Source of the DNA: Spirochaetia bacterium
GTDB taxonomy: Bacteria > Spirochaetota > Spirochaetia > DSM-27196 > Salinispiraceae
Assembly (NCBI GenBank): GCA_038204425.1
Contig: JBBRCZ010000004.1
Span: forward strand, 32,001-96,000
DNA length: 64,000 nt
Direction: 5' to 3'
Part shown: positions 20,101-28,609 of the stretch, piece by piece
Position numbering within the stretch: the first letter of the stretch is position 1
Layout of the letters: every line of letters begins with the position of its first letter
Made by a program: the position numbers and the translations under genes
The notes under the pieces: model-generated
What the model was told of the DNA's origin: nothing
Databases searched by the model: none
The model's input: the letters and a program-made list of their open reading frames with translations, nothing else

Positions 20101-23100
20101 TGTTGTCTCCAGTGTCTGCCCCACCACCAACAGTGCTAACGGTGGCGACCCCTGGTCCAAAACTAACAAACCGACCTGTAATTAGAAGTAGGTCTATGTT
20201 TGCACCTATGCTGCCACCGAAGCTTATGTTACCGGGGTCGCTTGCCGTAACACCGCTTGTTACCGTCAAATTGATACCGCCGATAGGTCCGTTAATTGTC
20301 GAAGAGAAGGTGATGTCTCCCTGGTTGCTAATAAATTGAACGTTCTGCGCCAAAGTTATAGGCCCAGTAAACGACAAGCTAGCTGATATAGTAGCTGATT
20401 GATAGATTGCACCACTTAGAACAAGGCTTGTTGTTGCATTTATTGATTGCATGCCGCTTGTAAACACACTGCTACTTAAGGTTGCTGTACTTGCACTACT
20501 AACGATAAAGCTTGTTAAGCGGCCGGGATCTAATGCGGCTACACCGACAATACCACCCACAGATACTGTCCCTGTACCTGCAGTAAGTCCAAGATTAAAT
20601 GCACCAGATATGGCTCCACTGAAGATGATGTTGCCTGCACCGACTCCAGTGCTTAGCAAGGTATTGGCCAAGAGTGTCACTGGCCTGCTTATGGTAATAA
20701 TGTTGCTAAGTGCCGAAATTGCCAACAATGGGTCGGCCACGTTAATGCTTATGTTGCCTGCAGCGGCGCCTAGAGTAACGGCACCGCTTGCGGTTGTTAT
20801 ACCGTCGGTAGCCGAGACTGTTGCCACCGTGAAAGCGTCGGTGTCAGTATATGAAAGGCTTGCAGTGCCACCAAGATTTGCTGCCAAGTTTGCACTTTGA
20901 TTGCCAGCTAGGGTCAAGTTGACCGTCCCATTTCCCAAAAGCCGCAATGAGCCGCCGCCCAAGATGTTATTGCTAGCAGTTTGGCTAATACCTTGTGCAG
21001 ACGAAAGGGTAAGTACATTGGTACCAACATTGATATCTTGATTGAGTTGGATAGAGCCTGTGGTCTCAGTCAACGAAATATCGCTTGCAGCCCCTGTTGT
21101 GGTTAGTCCAACAATCCCAGCGACCGTAGAGATCAAAAGCGTTTGAGCAGCTCCTCTATTGTTACCAACAGTGATAGTCCCTGTAGTACTTGTGCCAGCT
21201 AAAGTCTGAGCCACTGTAGAAATATTGACAGTGTTACCTGCGCTAAAAGCTAGATTGTTAGCGGTAAGCACTCCAATCCCACTAATGCCTGCGTTACTAC
21301 GCAATAAAAAAGGTTTAGTACCTGTCAAAGCGGTATTTGCTGCAATAGAAATTGCGCCAGCCGTTGGCGACCCAATCTGCACAGTTCCGGTGGTTGAGAC
21401 TTGGTTTATTTCTGCGGCAGTTAAGCCTAAACCACCTGGCCCACTTAGTGTAATTGTACCATTGGTGACAGGTTGCAAGAAAACGGCACCAGAGCCAGTA
21501 CTAACAGCAGCGCCGAGAACCATATCGTCGGCGACAAGGGTAATTGTTCCCGTAGTACTTGTTGTGATAGTACCCGCAACAGTTGTGGTCAAGTTACCGC
21601 TTGCAGCATGCAAAAAAATGTTACTTGCTGCGGGTGCCAAAATGGCACCGACAAAGCTTGTGGTGCTACTAGTATAAATGCTTATGGCGCCTCCAGCACT
21701 AATAGCACCAAAATTGGCAATGTTGTTGGTATAAGTTAGATCGGCGTCATCATCTAAAGTAATAAGTCCAGTGGCGGTAAGAACCAAGGTACCACTTGCC
21801 ATTGTGATACTGGGAGTAGCTACGTCAGTTATAGCACCAGCAGCATTAAGGGTTACCGTTCCATTTGAAGTAATATCAGAAATACCTATCGCTGCATTCT
21901 CAAACACCGTAATGTTGGTCGCTACTGCAGCGGCCCCGGCTGCATTCATGGTGCGCAGGGTCAAGTTTCCAAAGGTGTTAGAATAGGGCGCACCATCGTC
22001 GTCAAGGGTAATGGCTGCAAAACCTGCTACAGCACGTGTTTCGAAAGTAGCTGTGCCAATCACGGCAATAGTACCACCGTCGGTGATAGAACCCCCTGCA
22101 ATGACCATAAGGCTTCCACTTATGGTTGACGGCGACGCAGTACTAAAAACTATCGCATTAATGTCGGTAATAGTAAGATCTCGCACGCTTGTTGCTATAA
22201 CTGTAGAAAAATTATTGCCTGCATCACTGAGTGTTACATCATTGGCAGCTCCAACATTGATGGTGGTAGCGCCAGTAACAGTTAGACTACCTGTTCCTTG
22301 GGTTAGGTTGGCTATAGTGCCAGTTCCTATAAGTAGATTTCCAGTAACGCTGAGATTGTAGGTGCCCATGACAAGAGTACCTGCGGAGATAGTGAGGTTG
22401 CCGGAAACTGTCCATATTCCTGACAAGGGGATACTTCCTGCAGCCAAAGCAACTTCTAAGTTGACGTAGCTTAGCCCAGCTGTAGCCGATGCAGGATTGG
22501 TACCCACATATCTGACCGTACTGCTAGCTAGGTTATTTATAGTAGGTGTGCCAGCTATTTCTGGTCCACTTAAAAGTAATGTACCAGAATTATTTATAGT
22601 TGCGCCTGCAGCAGTTAATGTTTGTCCATTTAAATTGAGTTGAGCAGCTGCTGCGATAGTCAGAGATTGTGCACTGGCTATGGTTGTTGGAGCAGAAAGC
22701 GCCCAGTTAACTCCACTTGCAAATCGCAAATTATTATAGGAACTACCTGCACTCAAAGTCGCAGCTGTTCCATAATACTCGACCGTTGCAGGTATGGTCG
22801 CTGGAAAACCAGTTAATGTAGCTACTCCTGTTAAACGCAGGGTCGCAGCAGCAACAGTTGCTGAATACGTTCCGGTAATAGTCAAAGGATTGCCAGCCAA
22901 ATCTAAAACCGATGTTGCATTATTGAGAGTTACATTTAAAAGACTAGTAACGGTCACGGGCATTATGGGAAAATTAACCCCAGTAATTACACTTACAATT
23001 ATGCTGTCACCGTTTGCTGGTATACCTGCCGGCATCCAGTTTCCTGTGTTGTTCCAAACCGTGGCTGCTGCTGAACCAGTCCATGTATAAATACTTGTTA

Positions 23101-25804
23101 ATCCCCAGTTACTCGTATTAGAACTAATTGTGTTTGTTGGTACTGGGATAACTCCTCCAGTACGAATACTGTCACTTATGTTTAACCAAGTAAGCGTATG
23201 TGCAGCAACAGGCAAGTTAAATGTCCATTGCGTGGGGCTTGAAGACGAGGCAAGTGCAAGCCGATGAGCGCCATCGGTACCTAATAAGGTGGCTATTCCA
23301 CCAACTGCAAGTGCGGTGGTGCTTCCAGCGGTAAACACAAGGCTGGCACCTCCTGCTGTACCGGCAGCGGTACTCGATAAATTATAAAAGGTGGTGTTGC
23401 CGGTAATAGAGTGAGTTGTAGTTACCGCATTGCTAAAGGTCACCATGCCGTTTTGGGCTGTAAAACCAGATAATCCATTGTTATTTGTCCAGTTGCCATT
23501 AACGGTAACACTATAATTGGAAGCACTTACATTTAAGTTATTTGCTGCACCTATAGTAAGGTTGTTGGTGACTAAATTAGCAGCAAGTGTCAGTTGACCA
23601 TTAACCGTCAGGTTTCCAACTGTCCATGCCGCGCTGTTTTGAACACCAACAACATTACTAATTGTAACTGCACCAAAGGTTGACACACCCGGTGCGACCG
23701 TTTGCGCAGCTGCGCCATTAAATGTCAATACTCCGCTTGTCTGACTAAAGGCACCAGCATTGGTAAAATTGCCCGAAACTGTAAGATTGTGGGTACTTGT
23801 TGCTAACGTAGCCCCGGCATTGATAGTAATGGTATTGACTAGACCAGCCGCGCTTAAATTTACGGTGCTACCTGGTGGCAAAGTTACGTTGCTTGCCGCC
23901 GTTGGAACCGTTGCAGGACTCCAATTGCTGGCAGTGTTCCAGTCGTTGTTGGTGGCACCCGTCCAAGTTAGAGCATTGGGATCGTTGACAAAAATGAGGT
24001 AAGGGTCATCTACCCAGGTGGCACCACCGTCCCAGCTAAATTGCAGCTTGCCACTAGCTGGTGTAGTCAAACCGTTAAATCTCAAACCAGCAATAGTTAG
24101 CACACCACCACTAGAGAAGTTGCCTGTAGTGGTAAGTTGGGCTACAGTATTTGCAGCCGAGTAGGTTATTGGATTATTGACATTAGCGGCTTCGCCTCCC
24201 GCAAGTGTGGCTGTTAAAACAGAAACGTCAAAACTTGCATTAAGACCCGCCGGTATCCGTACCCGCAATTGGCTGCCTGTCAATATGGCGGCTGTGCCGG
24301 CAGTAATAGTTAACGTTGGCAAAGTAGGACTAGTGTTAATGTTAAAATTTTGATTTGCAGGCGAAGCAAAACTAGGTGCCGTTCCATTAGTAAATGAAAT
24401 AACAGCATTTGTATTAAATGCTGCACCCGGCAGAGAAGTAGACCCATTACTACCATCAGTAGTTGGGGTTACCGTTGTTGTGCCGGGTGTTCCACTTCTA
24501 GAAATACGCACCCAAGCACTTCCAAAACCATCGGTAGTTACAAGTGTAGTTTGGCCAGCTAAGGTGCCCAGACCTGGCGAATTATTGCTTGAGTTGAATA
24601 TTGCATCGGTTCCAGGAGAAAGTGTAAGATACACACTAACAGACTCTTGAACCAGATCTCCATTATTATCCAAAACATACACAGAAATGGTGGCATTGGC
24701 CGATCCATCTGATACTGCTGTTAACGTAGAAGGGCTCAGCACTACCCGATAAGGAGTGGGTCCAATAGCAAGGGGAGATGAGTAGATGGGAGTTAAGTTG
24801 TAAGTATTGCTAGGTAATACGCCATCATTATTCGTCCCAACATTATCATCTGCGCTAGTATTAATATAAGCAAAAAACTCCGCTGGGTTGGTATTGTTAA
24901 GAGCAGTTAATGAATTTATTTGGTAGGTCCAAGTCCCATTTTGTGTAGCTGCTGCTATCAGGTATGAATTACGATTATGAGTGTTGTTAAGCGACAAGGC
25001 ACCATTAGTGACAAGTGTAGTTCCTGTCTTGTCGTTTAAATTGAAAGTACTACCTTCCCCCGGGCTGCCGACGTTAGCATCTGCATCCCAATCTCCTATT
25101 ACCAAGTACTTTGCGTCCGCAAGATTGGGTACAAAAGGATATATTGTTGGATTGATTGCATTTAATAATTGCATTGGCCAGCTATAGGCAAAAAAATTAA
25201 AACCAGCAATTCCAGTTGGAGCAGCTACTGTTGCATCTGTAATCGTTGCATAGGATACGTCAATTCTAAAGGCGTTTTTGCCCACAGTGGTACTGGCTAC
25301 GTAGACCAAAATCTTAAAATAATACCTACTGCCAATATGCTCCCCGGCTCCAACCTGCGTACTACCAATCGAATACCAACCGACATTTTCCGTGGTAAAG
25401 GTTCTTTGCGCTAACTGTGTTCCTGTATCGTAGTCTGCGACCAAACCGCGCAATTTACGGGCATTGAGATTGGAATAAGCACTAGTGCCACCATAAACCG
25501 TAAACACAGTATTACCTGAGCCATAGCCGGTGTCAGGGTTATTTCCAGTTCCACCGCCTGGGCTCTCAGCAAGTATGTGAATATAAGTACTGGGTGAAAC
25601 AGAATCTGGAACTGACAAAAAAACCACCGTAAATGGATCCAATGCACCGACATCGGGGGTATTGCTTCCCACAAACCAGTTTGTTGGACTGGGGATTACA
25701 CTAGGACTCTGTCCCCAGACCGCACCCACTGCCACCACCAACAAGAGAACTAGGGTTAAATACCAATTTTTGTGAGTAAAACTATGTTGAAAATGCTTGC
25801 GCAT
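14147..25804 (-). CDS. Giant (~3885 aa) exported beta-strand-repeat surface protein with C-terminal FlgD Ig-like domain
   Basis: ATG at 25804 after GGAGG, signal peptide (WYLTLVLLLVVAVGAVWG), T/G/A/N/S-rich hemagglutinin-like repeats, and C-terminal WDGRNANGDVVARGLYLIRV...RKVMVVK. Confidence 0.85.
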   Translation of the reverse strand: MRKHFQHSFTHKNWYLTLVLLLVVAVGAVWGQSPSVIPSPTNWFVGSNTPDVGALDPFTVVFLSVPDSVSPSTYIHILAESPGGGTGNNPDTGYGSGNTVFTVYGGTSAYSNLNARKLRGLVADYDTGTQLAQRTFTTENVGWYSIGSTQVGAGEHIGSRYYFKILVYVASTTVGKNAFRIDVSYATITDATVAAPTGIAGFNFFAYSWPMQLLNAINPTIYPFVPNLADAKYLVIGDWDADANVGSPGEGSTFNLNDKTGTTLVTNGALSLNNTHNRNSYLIAAATQNGTWTYQINSLTALNNTNPAEFFAYINTSADDNVGTNNDGVLPSNTYNLTPIYSSPLAIGPTPYRVVLSPSTLTAVSDGSANATISVYVLDNNGDLVQESVSVYLTLSPGTDAIFNSSNNSPGLGTLAGQTTLVTTDGFGSAWVRISRSGTPGTTTVTPTTDGSNGSTSLPGAAFNTNAVISFTNGTAPSFASPANQNFNINTSPTLPTLTITAGTAAILTGSQLRVRIPAGLNASFDVSVLTATLAGGEAANVNNPITYSAANTVAQLTTTGNFSSGGVLTIAGLRFNGLTTPASGKLQFSWDGGATWVDDPYLIFVNDPNALTWTGATNNDWNTASNWSPATVPTAASNVTLPPGSTVNLSAAGLVNTITINAGATLATSTHNLTVSGNFTNAGAFSQTSGVLTFNGAAAQTVAPGVSTFGAVTISNVVGVQNSAAWTVGNLTVNGQLTLAANLVTNNLTIGAANNLNVSASNYSVTVNGNWTNNNGLSGFTAQNGMVTFSNAVTTTHSITGNTTFYNLSSTAAGTAGGASLVFTAGSTTALAVGGIATLLGTDGAHRLALASSSSPTQWTFNLPVAAHTLTWLNISDSIRTGGVIPVPTNTISSNTSNWGLTSIYTWTGSAAATVWNNTGNWMPAGIPANGDSIIVSVITGVNFPIMPVTVTSLLNVTLNNATSVLDLAGNPLTITGTYSATVAAATLRLTGVATLTGFPATIPATVEYYGTAATLSAGSSYNNLRFASGVNWALSAPTTIASAQSLTIAAAAQLNLNGQTLTAAGATINNSGTLLLSGPEIAGTPTINNLASSTVRYVGTNPASATAGLSYVNLEVALAAGSIPLSGIWTVSGNLTISAGTLVMGTYNLSVTGNLLIGTGTIANLTQGTGSLTVTGATTINVGAANDVTLSDAGNNFSTVIATSVRDLTITDINAIVFSTASPSTISGSLMVIAGGSITDGGTIAVIGTATFETRAVAGFAAITLDDDGAPYSNTFGNLTLRTMNAAGAAAVATNITVFENAAIGISDITSNGTVTLNAAGAITDVATPSITMASGTLVLTATGLITLDDDADLTYTNNIANFGAISAGGAISIYTSSTTSFVGAILAPAASNIFLHAASGNLTTTVAGTITTSTTGTITLVADDMVLGAAVSTGSGAVFLQPVTNGTITLSGPGGLGLTAAEINQVSTTGTVQIGSPTAGAISIAANTALTGTKPFLLRSNAGISGIGVLTANNLAFSAGNTVNISTVAQTLAGTSTTGTITVGNNRGAAQTLLISTVAGIVGLTTTGAASDISLTETTGSIQLNQDINVGTNVLTLSSAQGISQTASNNILGGGSLRLLGNGTVNLTLAGNQSANLAANLGGTASLSYTDTDAFTVATVSATDGITTASGAVTLGAAAGNISINVADPLLAISALSNIITISRPVTLLANTLLSTGVGAGNIIFSGAISGAFNLGLTAGTGTVSVGGIVGVAALDPGRLTSFIVSSASTATLSSSVFTSGMQSINATTSLVLSGAIYQSATISASLSFTGPITLAQNVQFISNQGDITFSSTINGPIGGINLTVTSGVTASDPGNISFGGSIGANIDLLLITGRFVSFGPGVATVSTVGGGADTGDNIAITSDGFTLGTTTVVSAGTGTFQIRPRDAAANIEFGSTNTLGGGFAFIDADFGSITAASFTIGDSAHSGNIVWTGSTASLPYAAILRNSAAASAYVRFDADYLSTNSSLTVQSGTGGFVVAGGGSINLGSGTFFANATAQPISIETNSTITANGGINFGGTIDDTADDINTLTLNSSGITSLNGAVGSTFRLAQIVTDAAGSLTIGANITSDLMTFNDPVSISTGVIINDGTDNVASPDVTFASTVNGTNALILSGSGEKYFNQTVGNSFNLTSITQAGGSGAITFFDNVTLSAGATFNANVVLDGMTLQAGAAVTFGDAGTDQLTFSTAANTINLTAGNLIFNSLVDGSQDLALTVVGTTTFNAAVGSNFKIGDGNGASIVINAGGATTFNTGATVHTATGITQNNASGTLTFRENVTIDTNNTANQFNSTVTLYGMIFDSVANTNFGNAVGDTITLSSGTVTLNGGGTKTFIGAVSGTVALVQNTGAVTFNENVSVAGATLNANVTLAGLTFTSSADVTFGDAPADTLDFTTGAVTISTSASALLTTNATVNGNQNLTLTISGDTIFNAAVGGASVANQIGNGTGASLTISSTGATTFNSTLRTTTGISQTDGTGLLTLTGNVDIVGAGTASNFLSRVRLDGLTLTSAGAITFGSTDTDGDGANLLDGDELLISGADTTITCSTGNLLLNCQVTDNGTLFGGVATDRQSLTLTASAGAITLKGLVGSLVGGRAYLQNLTVTATTSILLGNDTIDALNINGNLSMTTSALDLRGSSIITAGTQTYTASTQIVADLHANGAWDAQNGQNINIRTPHFFINNATGATTQLSISDNVSLRNHLNAPNTGDLIFYRGRLSVSGIIVDIGGNLAIFGSAYNASDPDRSPSTTEYQYPDPSSAFTIIPLPGTRSANFAAAGLNGTTLTVNGNFYVNGTNLDGAASYNLRLPDNNSVPGMLTVGTGYGFGNGTTGKFARVYNSSITSLTVLPLVGAVGNNNVWLSAAENVMDAGINSRVAFAADRPTIVSARSIYDDMVEVIFDRDIENSNSELSAIVNSVTPSDNLRFNNAASSFQGVYIWDDSGNNVWAPGEAGSFVAINTTATSFLNSDVPTTIPLYFRTHTGLFAGVRAPVITWNTDATGASVGNALSTDRSGVQRNVLLNLALSKHRIYSALGKVTMANTGVQLNGTTFSLMAGGTGGFAGGGNQYLAAFTATTDGTRSVLVGAWAGKSNYAAGTATPYNGHNLLHIRYSEPLDLAGLSGFSDVGAATMAGNAAPGNISFRSYNDLNGIGYITETTGTVSINGLNLTYPGNFAAGARQFGAGLTHESHPDKIHLIYRSTAASATNPAGSAGLTIFLAGYSINSAGTLNWPGYLGSPTAADDTIPTITDVVGLSLVQEIATEVLDANGNQVEPSVNPYPGKVGDTVGVTAKNNATTAVNLSDISSGGAGFGVLFTDDWDTTRPAVSLDGGGPNFLIYSGLEVGNQIDRLEFVMTKPIRDSSWSFPDADASNLYDNELAAFRVGNLLDLVPTTANNLSIDSNVSPPTTLSNDNDPDDEYFKMALNPVWNSRISLFVLYDANIGFLTDHRGNLMRSRTDIGDRLEGIERTPPNIELSLGAVGGRRIYVQFDEPVFRFNGTDLEEIQASDFDIKRAGVSEGSPASVSILETSEVRTGQFGVTKAFFDLNFTIAPIDLMELRLSTAMDNVISDKSNNSILAATVYRFSNIGLGIAEPVQAIDDILNPSNVGSLAPIRTFTGNESLLGEGQILLQVKLSDNLGPSYLDQPLRLYYDVNPPSSVLSPIGGKFWFPNAIKGLLDLPNPAARVVLGSNLGAGSGLRQFGFSGKDSEFTNGAMVDFVLDMNGLSLAYTPDPQDPRLIRPWSFGIDTLVKQRAGVTILNNVINPLVNDRAILRYQLDAPANVNVMVFAADGTLVKILRTGSQAKGDYTLSWDGRNANGDVVARGLYLIRVSGGGIDEFRKVMVVK

Positions 25805-25913
25805 GTATGCCTCCGTTGGCAATTGACCGTGTTTGGTCAAATTATCGGCCAAAATTGCCAAAAACTCGGGGGTTTTTGGGGGCCACATTCTATTGGACAG
25901 CATACACTTATTT

Positions 25914-26038
25914 GCTTGACGCAAATTACGGGATTGACTGCGGCCCCCAAGGCTAAGGGGGTACGTTGAGACCTTGGCTCAACGTAGGGGGAAGGCTTTC
26001 CCCCACCAAATTTGGGAACAATCTACTCGCGTTGAAGC
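25914..26038 (-). ncRNA. Candidate structured RNA in the 5' leader of the giant protein gene
   Basis: Nested complementary arms fold the segment into a long rod (see findings). I cannot assign it to a known family. Confidence 0.45.
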
Positions 26039-26047
26039 TGCCCACTA

Positions 26048-26075
26048 ATAGTATATCGCAAAATGGAGGGCGCAA
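26048..26075 (-). promoter_or_regulatory. Putative sigma70 promoter of the leader and giant gene
   Basis: TTGCGC-N16-TACTAT on the minus strand, about 10 nt before the structured segment. Confidence 0.4.
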
Positions 26076-26135
26076 CGAAGGATCTGAGGCTTTTTAATGA
26101 CTTAATCGATTCTGCCGCTTTGTACGCACGCGCTC

Positions 26136-27203
26136 TCAAACCAGCGCTTTGTAAATGGTATACTTGTCCTTGAGGCCCTTTAACCGCGCATTAAATCGAT
26201 GCAGTTTGCTAACATACTTGCGCAAGATCAGCTGTGAGCCTTCGTGCTTAAAGACCGGTTCCGAAAACAGTACTTCGTTGGGTGCCGAAAGACCTTGTAC
26301 GCGGGCAGCAATGTTTACACTGGTGCCAAAATAGTCCAACCTATTGTTTAGGGTAACTACCACCGTTGGTCCTGAGTGTATGCCAATTTTTATTTCTATT
26401 TTTTTTTCTTCGTCACGCGTACTGTTAAAAATTTTAAAAGCTTTTTGAATTTCTAAAGCAGATTCCAGGGCTTTGGCGGGTGTTTTAAAGATGCCCATTA
26501 CGGCATCGCCTATCGTTTTGATAGCAACTCCGTCGTGATTTTTTATGTGGCCAAAAACGATGTTAAAGTGATCGCGTACAAATTGAAACGCTTGGCTATC
26601 ACCAAATTTTTCATACATGGCGGTGGAACCTTTGATATCCGTAAATAAAATAGAGACTTGTTTGACGTCCAAGCTCTGGTCAAGCGGTAGAATGTCGCCG
26701 TCAAAAATTTCTCTAAATACCTGGTTGTTGATGCAGTCGATACCTCTAATGACGGTATTTTTTTGCCAATGGAACTTATTTTCGTGCTTAAGCGAGTGCA
26801 TCATTTGCTTCATATAGCCGGCGCTAATTTCATCTGGTATGGTTCTAATTTCTTCACTGATAGAAAACATCACTTCTATGTTGTCATCGAGCGCATTTTT
26901 AAAATCCAATTTGCAAATGCCGCAATAGTCGCCCGATTTGGCAGTGTCTAGTCCAAGACTCTCTTTGGCTACCCCGCCACAACTTGGGCAATGGAACTCC
27001 CAGTGGATAGAAAAAACGCCAGCCTGCACACCTCTAAGAAAAAGGTTTAAGAGTTTTACCCGTTCCACGTTCCAGCTGTTTGCCAAGCCATAGACGTCTA
27101 TATGAAACAACGACTCTATTGGTCCATTGCTTATAAGATCCTGTACTTGATCTCTGAGTTTTTTTTCTTCGATCAAAAGTAGATAGCTATCTAAGTTGCT
27201 CAT
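26136..27203 (-). CDS. Class III adenylate/guanylate cyclase with N-terminal CxxC/CxxC (DUF5939-like) domain
   Basis: ILFTDIKGST, KTIGDAVM, KIGIHSG and LDYFGTSVNIAARVQ motifs. N-terminal CPSC...CGIC. Confidence 0.9.
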   Translation of the reverse strand: MSNLDSYLLLIEEKKLRDQVQDLISNGPIESLFHIDVYGLANSWNVERVKLLNLFLRGVQAGVFSIHWEFHCPSCGGVAKESLGLDTAKSGDYCGICKLDFKNALDDNIEVMFSISEEIRTIPDEISAGYMKQMMHSLKHENKFHWQKNTVIRGIDCINNQVFREIFDGDILPLDQSLDVKQVSILFTDIKGSTAMYEKFGDSQAFQFVRDHFNIVFGHIKNHDGVAIKTIGDAVMGIFKTPAKALESALEIQKAFKIFNSTRDEEKKIEIKIGIHSGPTVVVTLNNRLDYFGTSVNIAARVQGLSAPNEVLFSEPVFKHEGSQLILRKYVSKLHRFNARLKGLKDKYTIYKALV

Positions 27204-27215
27204 GTCACTTCCTCT

Positions 27216-28403
27216 CTATTGATCCGCTTGGCTTGAGTCTTGCACAATCAACGCTTCTAGCAAGGGCCGCGCACCCAACGAGTCGCGCAGGGTTTGGTAG
27301 TCGGCGTGCACCTTAAGAATACCTGTTTGCTGAGCTGCTGGCAAGTTTTGGCTGGCCCTAATCAAAAGATTCTTGGGTGTGTGCTCGGGGTCAACAAATT
27401 CAACTGTGTCAACCTGGTAGCCAGCTTGCTCCAAGAGCGAACAGCGCAGTGCATCGGTGGCCAAGGCTGCAAAACGCTCTTTGATGAGCCCCTGTTTGAG
27501 CAGTACTTTGAGACTTGGCGCCTCAATCTGACCAAAAAGTTGGTGCTGGCAACAGGGCGCACTCAGGATCACTTTGGCGCGGTGAGTAACTGCAAAAGCC
27601 AGCGCCAAGTCAGTAGCTGTGTCACAGGCATGCAGACTCAGCACCATGTCTACGTCACCTTCATTTTTGTAGCCAGCTATGTCTCCGGTCTCAAAACGCA
27701 GCCCGCTCATACCAAGTTGAAGTGCCAAGTTGTTTGATGACTCAATCAGGTCCTGCTTGAGGTCGAGCCCCAGAATTTCTACGCTGCGTGCTTTGATAAC
27801 AACCAGATAATGATAAAGCGCAAAGGTGAGATAAGCTTTGCCACAAGCAAAGTCTATGATCTTGAGCGTCTTGTCGCTTGGTAGTTTTGCTAACACGTTA
27901 TCTACCAGTTCGATAAATCGATTAATTTGCCTAAACTTGTCATAGCGTGCTTTAAAAACTTGGCCGGCCGGACTCATAAGACCCAAGGCTATCAAAAAAT
28001 CGAGCGACTTTCCGTCGGGGAGCACGTAGTGCTTGCTGCGGTTATGCTCGGCAACGGGTTGCAGCACTTCTTTGGTGTTTTTTGAAAGTACACTCACTGT
28101 GCCGCTTGGACTTAGGTGCGCTTGAAGTTCTTCGTGCACAAAACGACAATTAACTTGTCTAAACTTGGGCAAGAGCTCACTCAAGCTGGCAATAGCTGCC
28201 TCAAGCGCTAGGTTTTGATGCCGCATCTGGCGACCGGCGTCAAATCCAAACTGTAAGTGATAGCCCGACTTAAGCTGTACCGGACTGATACTTATTTTTT
28301 TGTTTTCTTTGTAGGATTTAATCGGATTCGATAGTGTCATTGCTACAAACTGGCCGGCTTCCAAACGTGGTTTAAGCGCTGCGATAAAGTCCTCAGTAAT
28401 CAT
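27216..28403 (-). CDS. SAM-dependent methyltransferase (Methyltransf_32-like)
   Basis: [37 protein letters not shown] and [11 protein letters not shown] motifs. Confidence 0.85.
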   Translation of the reverse strand: MITEDFIAALKPRLEAGQFVAMTLSNPIKSYKENKKISISPVQLKSGYHLQFGFDAGRQMRHQNLALEAAIASLSELLPKFRQVNCRFVHEELQAHLSPSGTVSVLSKNTKEVLQPVAEHNRSKHYVLPDGKSLDFLIALGLMSPAGQVFKARYDKFRQINRFIELVDNVLAKLPSDKTLKIIDFACGKAYLTFALYHYLVVIKARSVEILGLDLKQDLIESSNNLALQLGMSGLRFETGDIAGYKNEGDVDMVLSLHACDTATDLALAFAVTHRAKVILSAPCCQHQLFGQIEAPSLKVLLKQGLIKERFAALATDALRCSLLEQAGYQVDTVEFVDPEHTPKNLLIRASQNLPAAQQTGILKVHADYQTLRDSLGARPLLEALIVQDSSQADQ

Positions 28404-28469
28404 GCCACCACCATAGCACATTTGAGCCAGCTTGGCTTTGGCGCAATCAATTCTTAGGTGGCCCACTCT

Positions 28470-28523
28470 GTGCTTTTGTCGGGTGTCAGGGTGCTATACC
28501 AAAAGCGCATTTTAGAGGTATAA
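28470..28523 (+). CDS. Candidate Ile/Leu/Val-rich leader peptide ([17 protein letters not shown])
   Basis: GTG start 8 nt after AGGTGG. 8 of the 16 non-initiator codons are I/L/V. Lies just upstream of ilvC. Confidence 0.3.
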   Translation: MLLSGVRVLYQKRILEV

Positions 28524-28609
28524 AGTCTGACAGGATTATGATTGGCCAGTTTTTTGGTCGCAGCAAAGGGGCAGGCGCCCCTGTCGTCCTTTCTTCCCGG
28601 AGGTATCAA

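Noticed and set aside
14544..25187. Many V/L/P/A-rich plus-strand ORFs inside the giant gene
   Set aside because: They are reverse complements of T/G/N/S-rich codons and not independent genes.
25805..25924. 40-aa N-terminal extension of the giant ORF in the ORF track
   Set aside because: The GGAGG RBS and signal peptide support ATG 25804. The extension lies in the structured leader.
26005..26023. ACCAAATTTGGG..AATC resembling part of the c-di-AMP (ydaO) riboswitch
   Set aside because: It is on the wrong strand for the giant gene and lacks the GCTGAA and CAGCTAAC elements.
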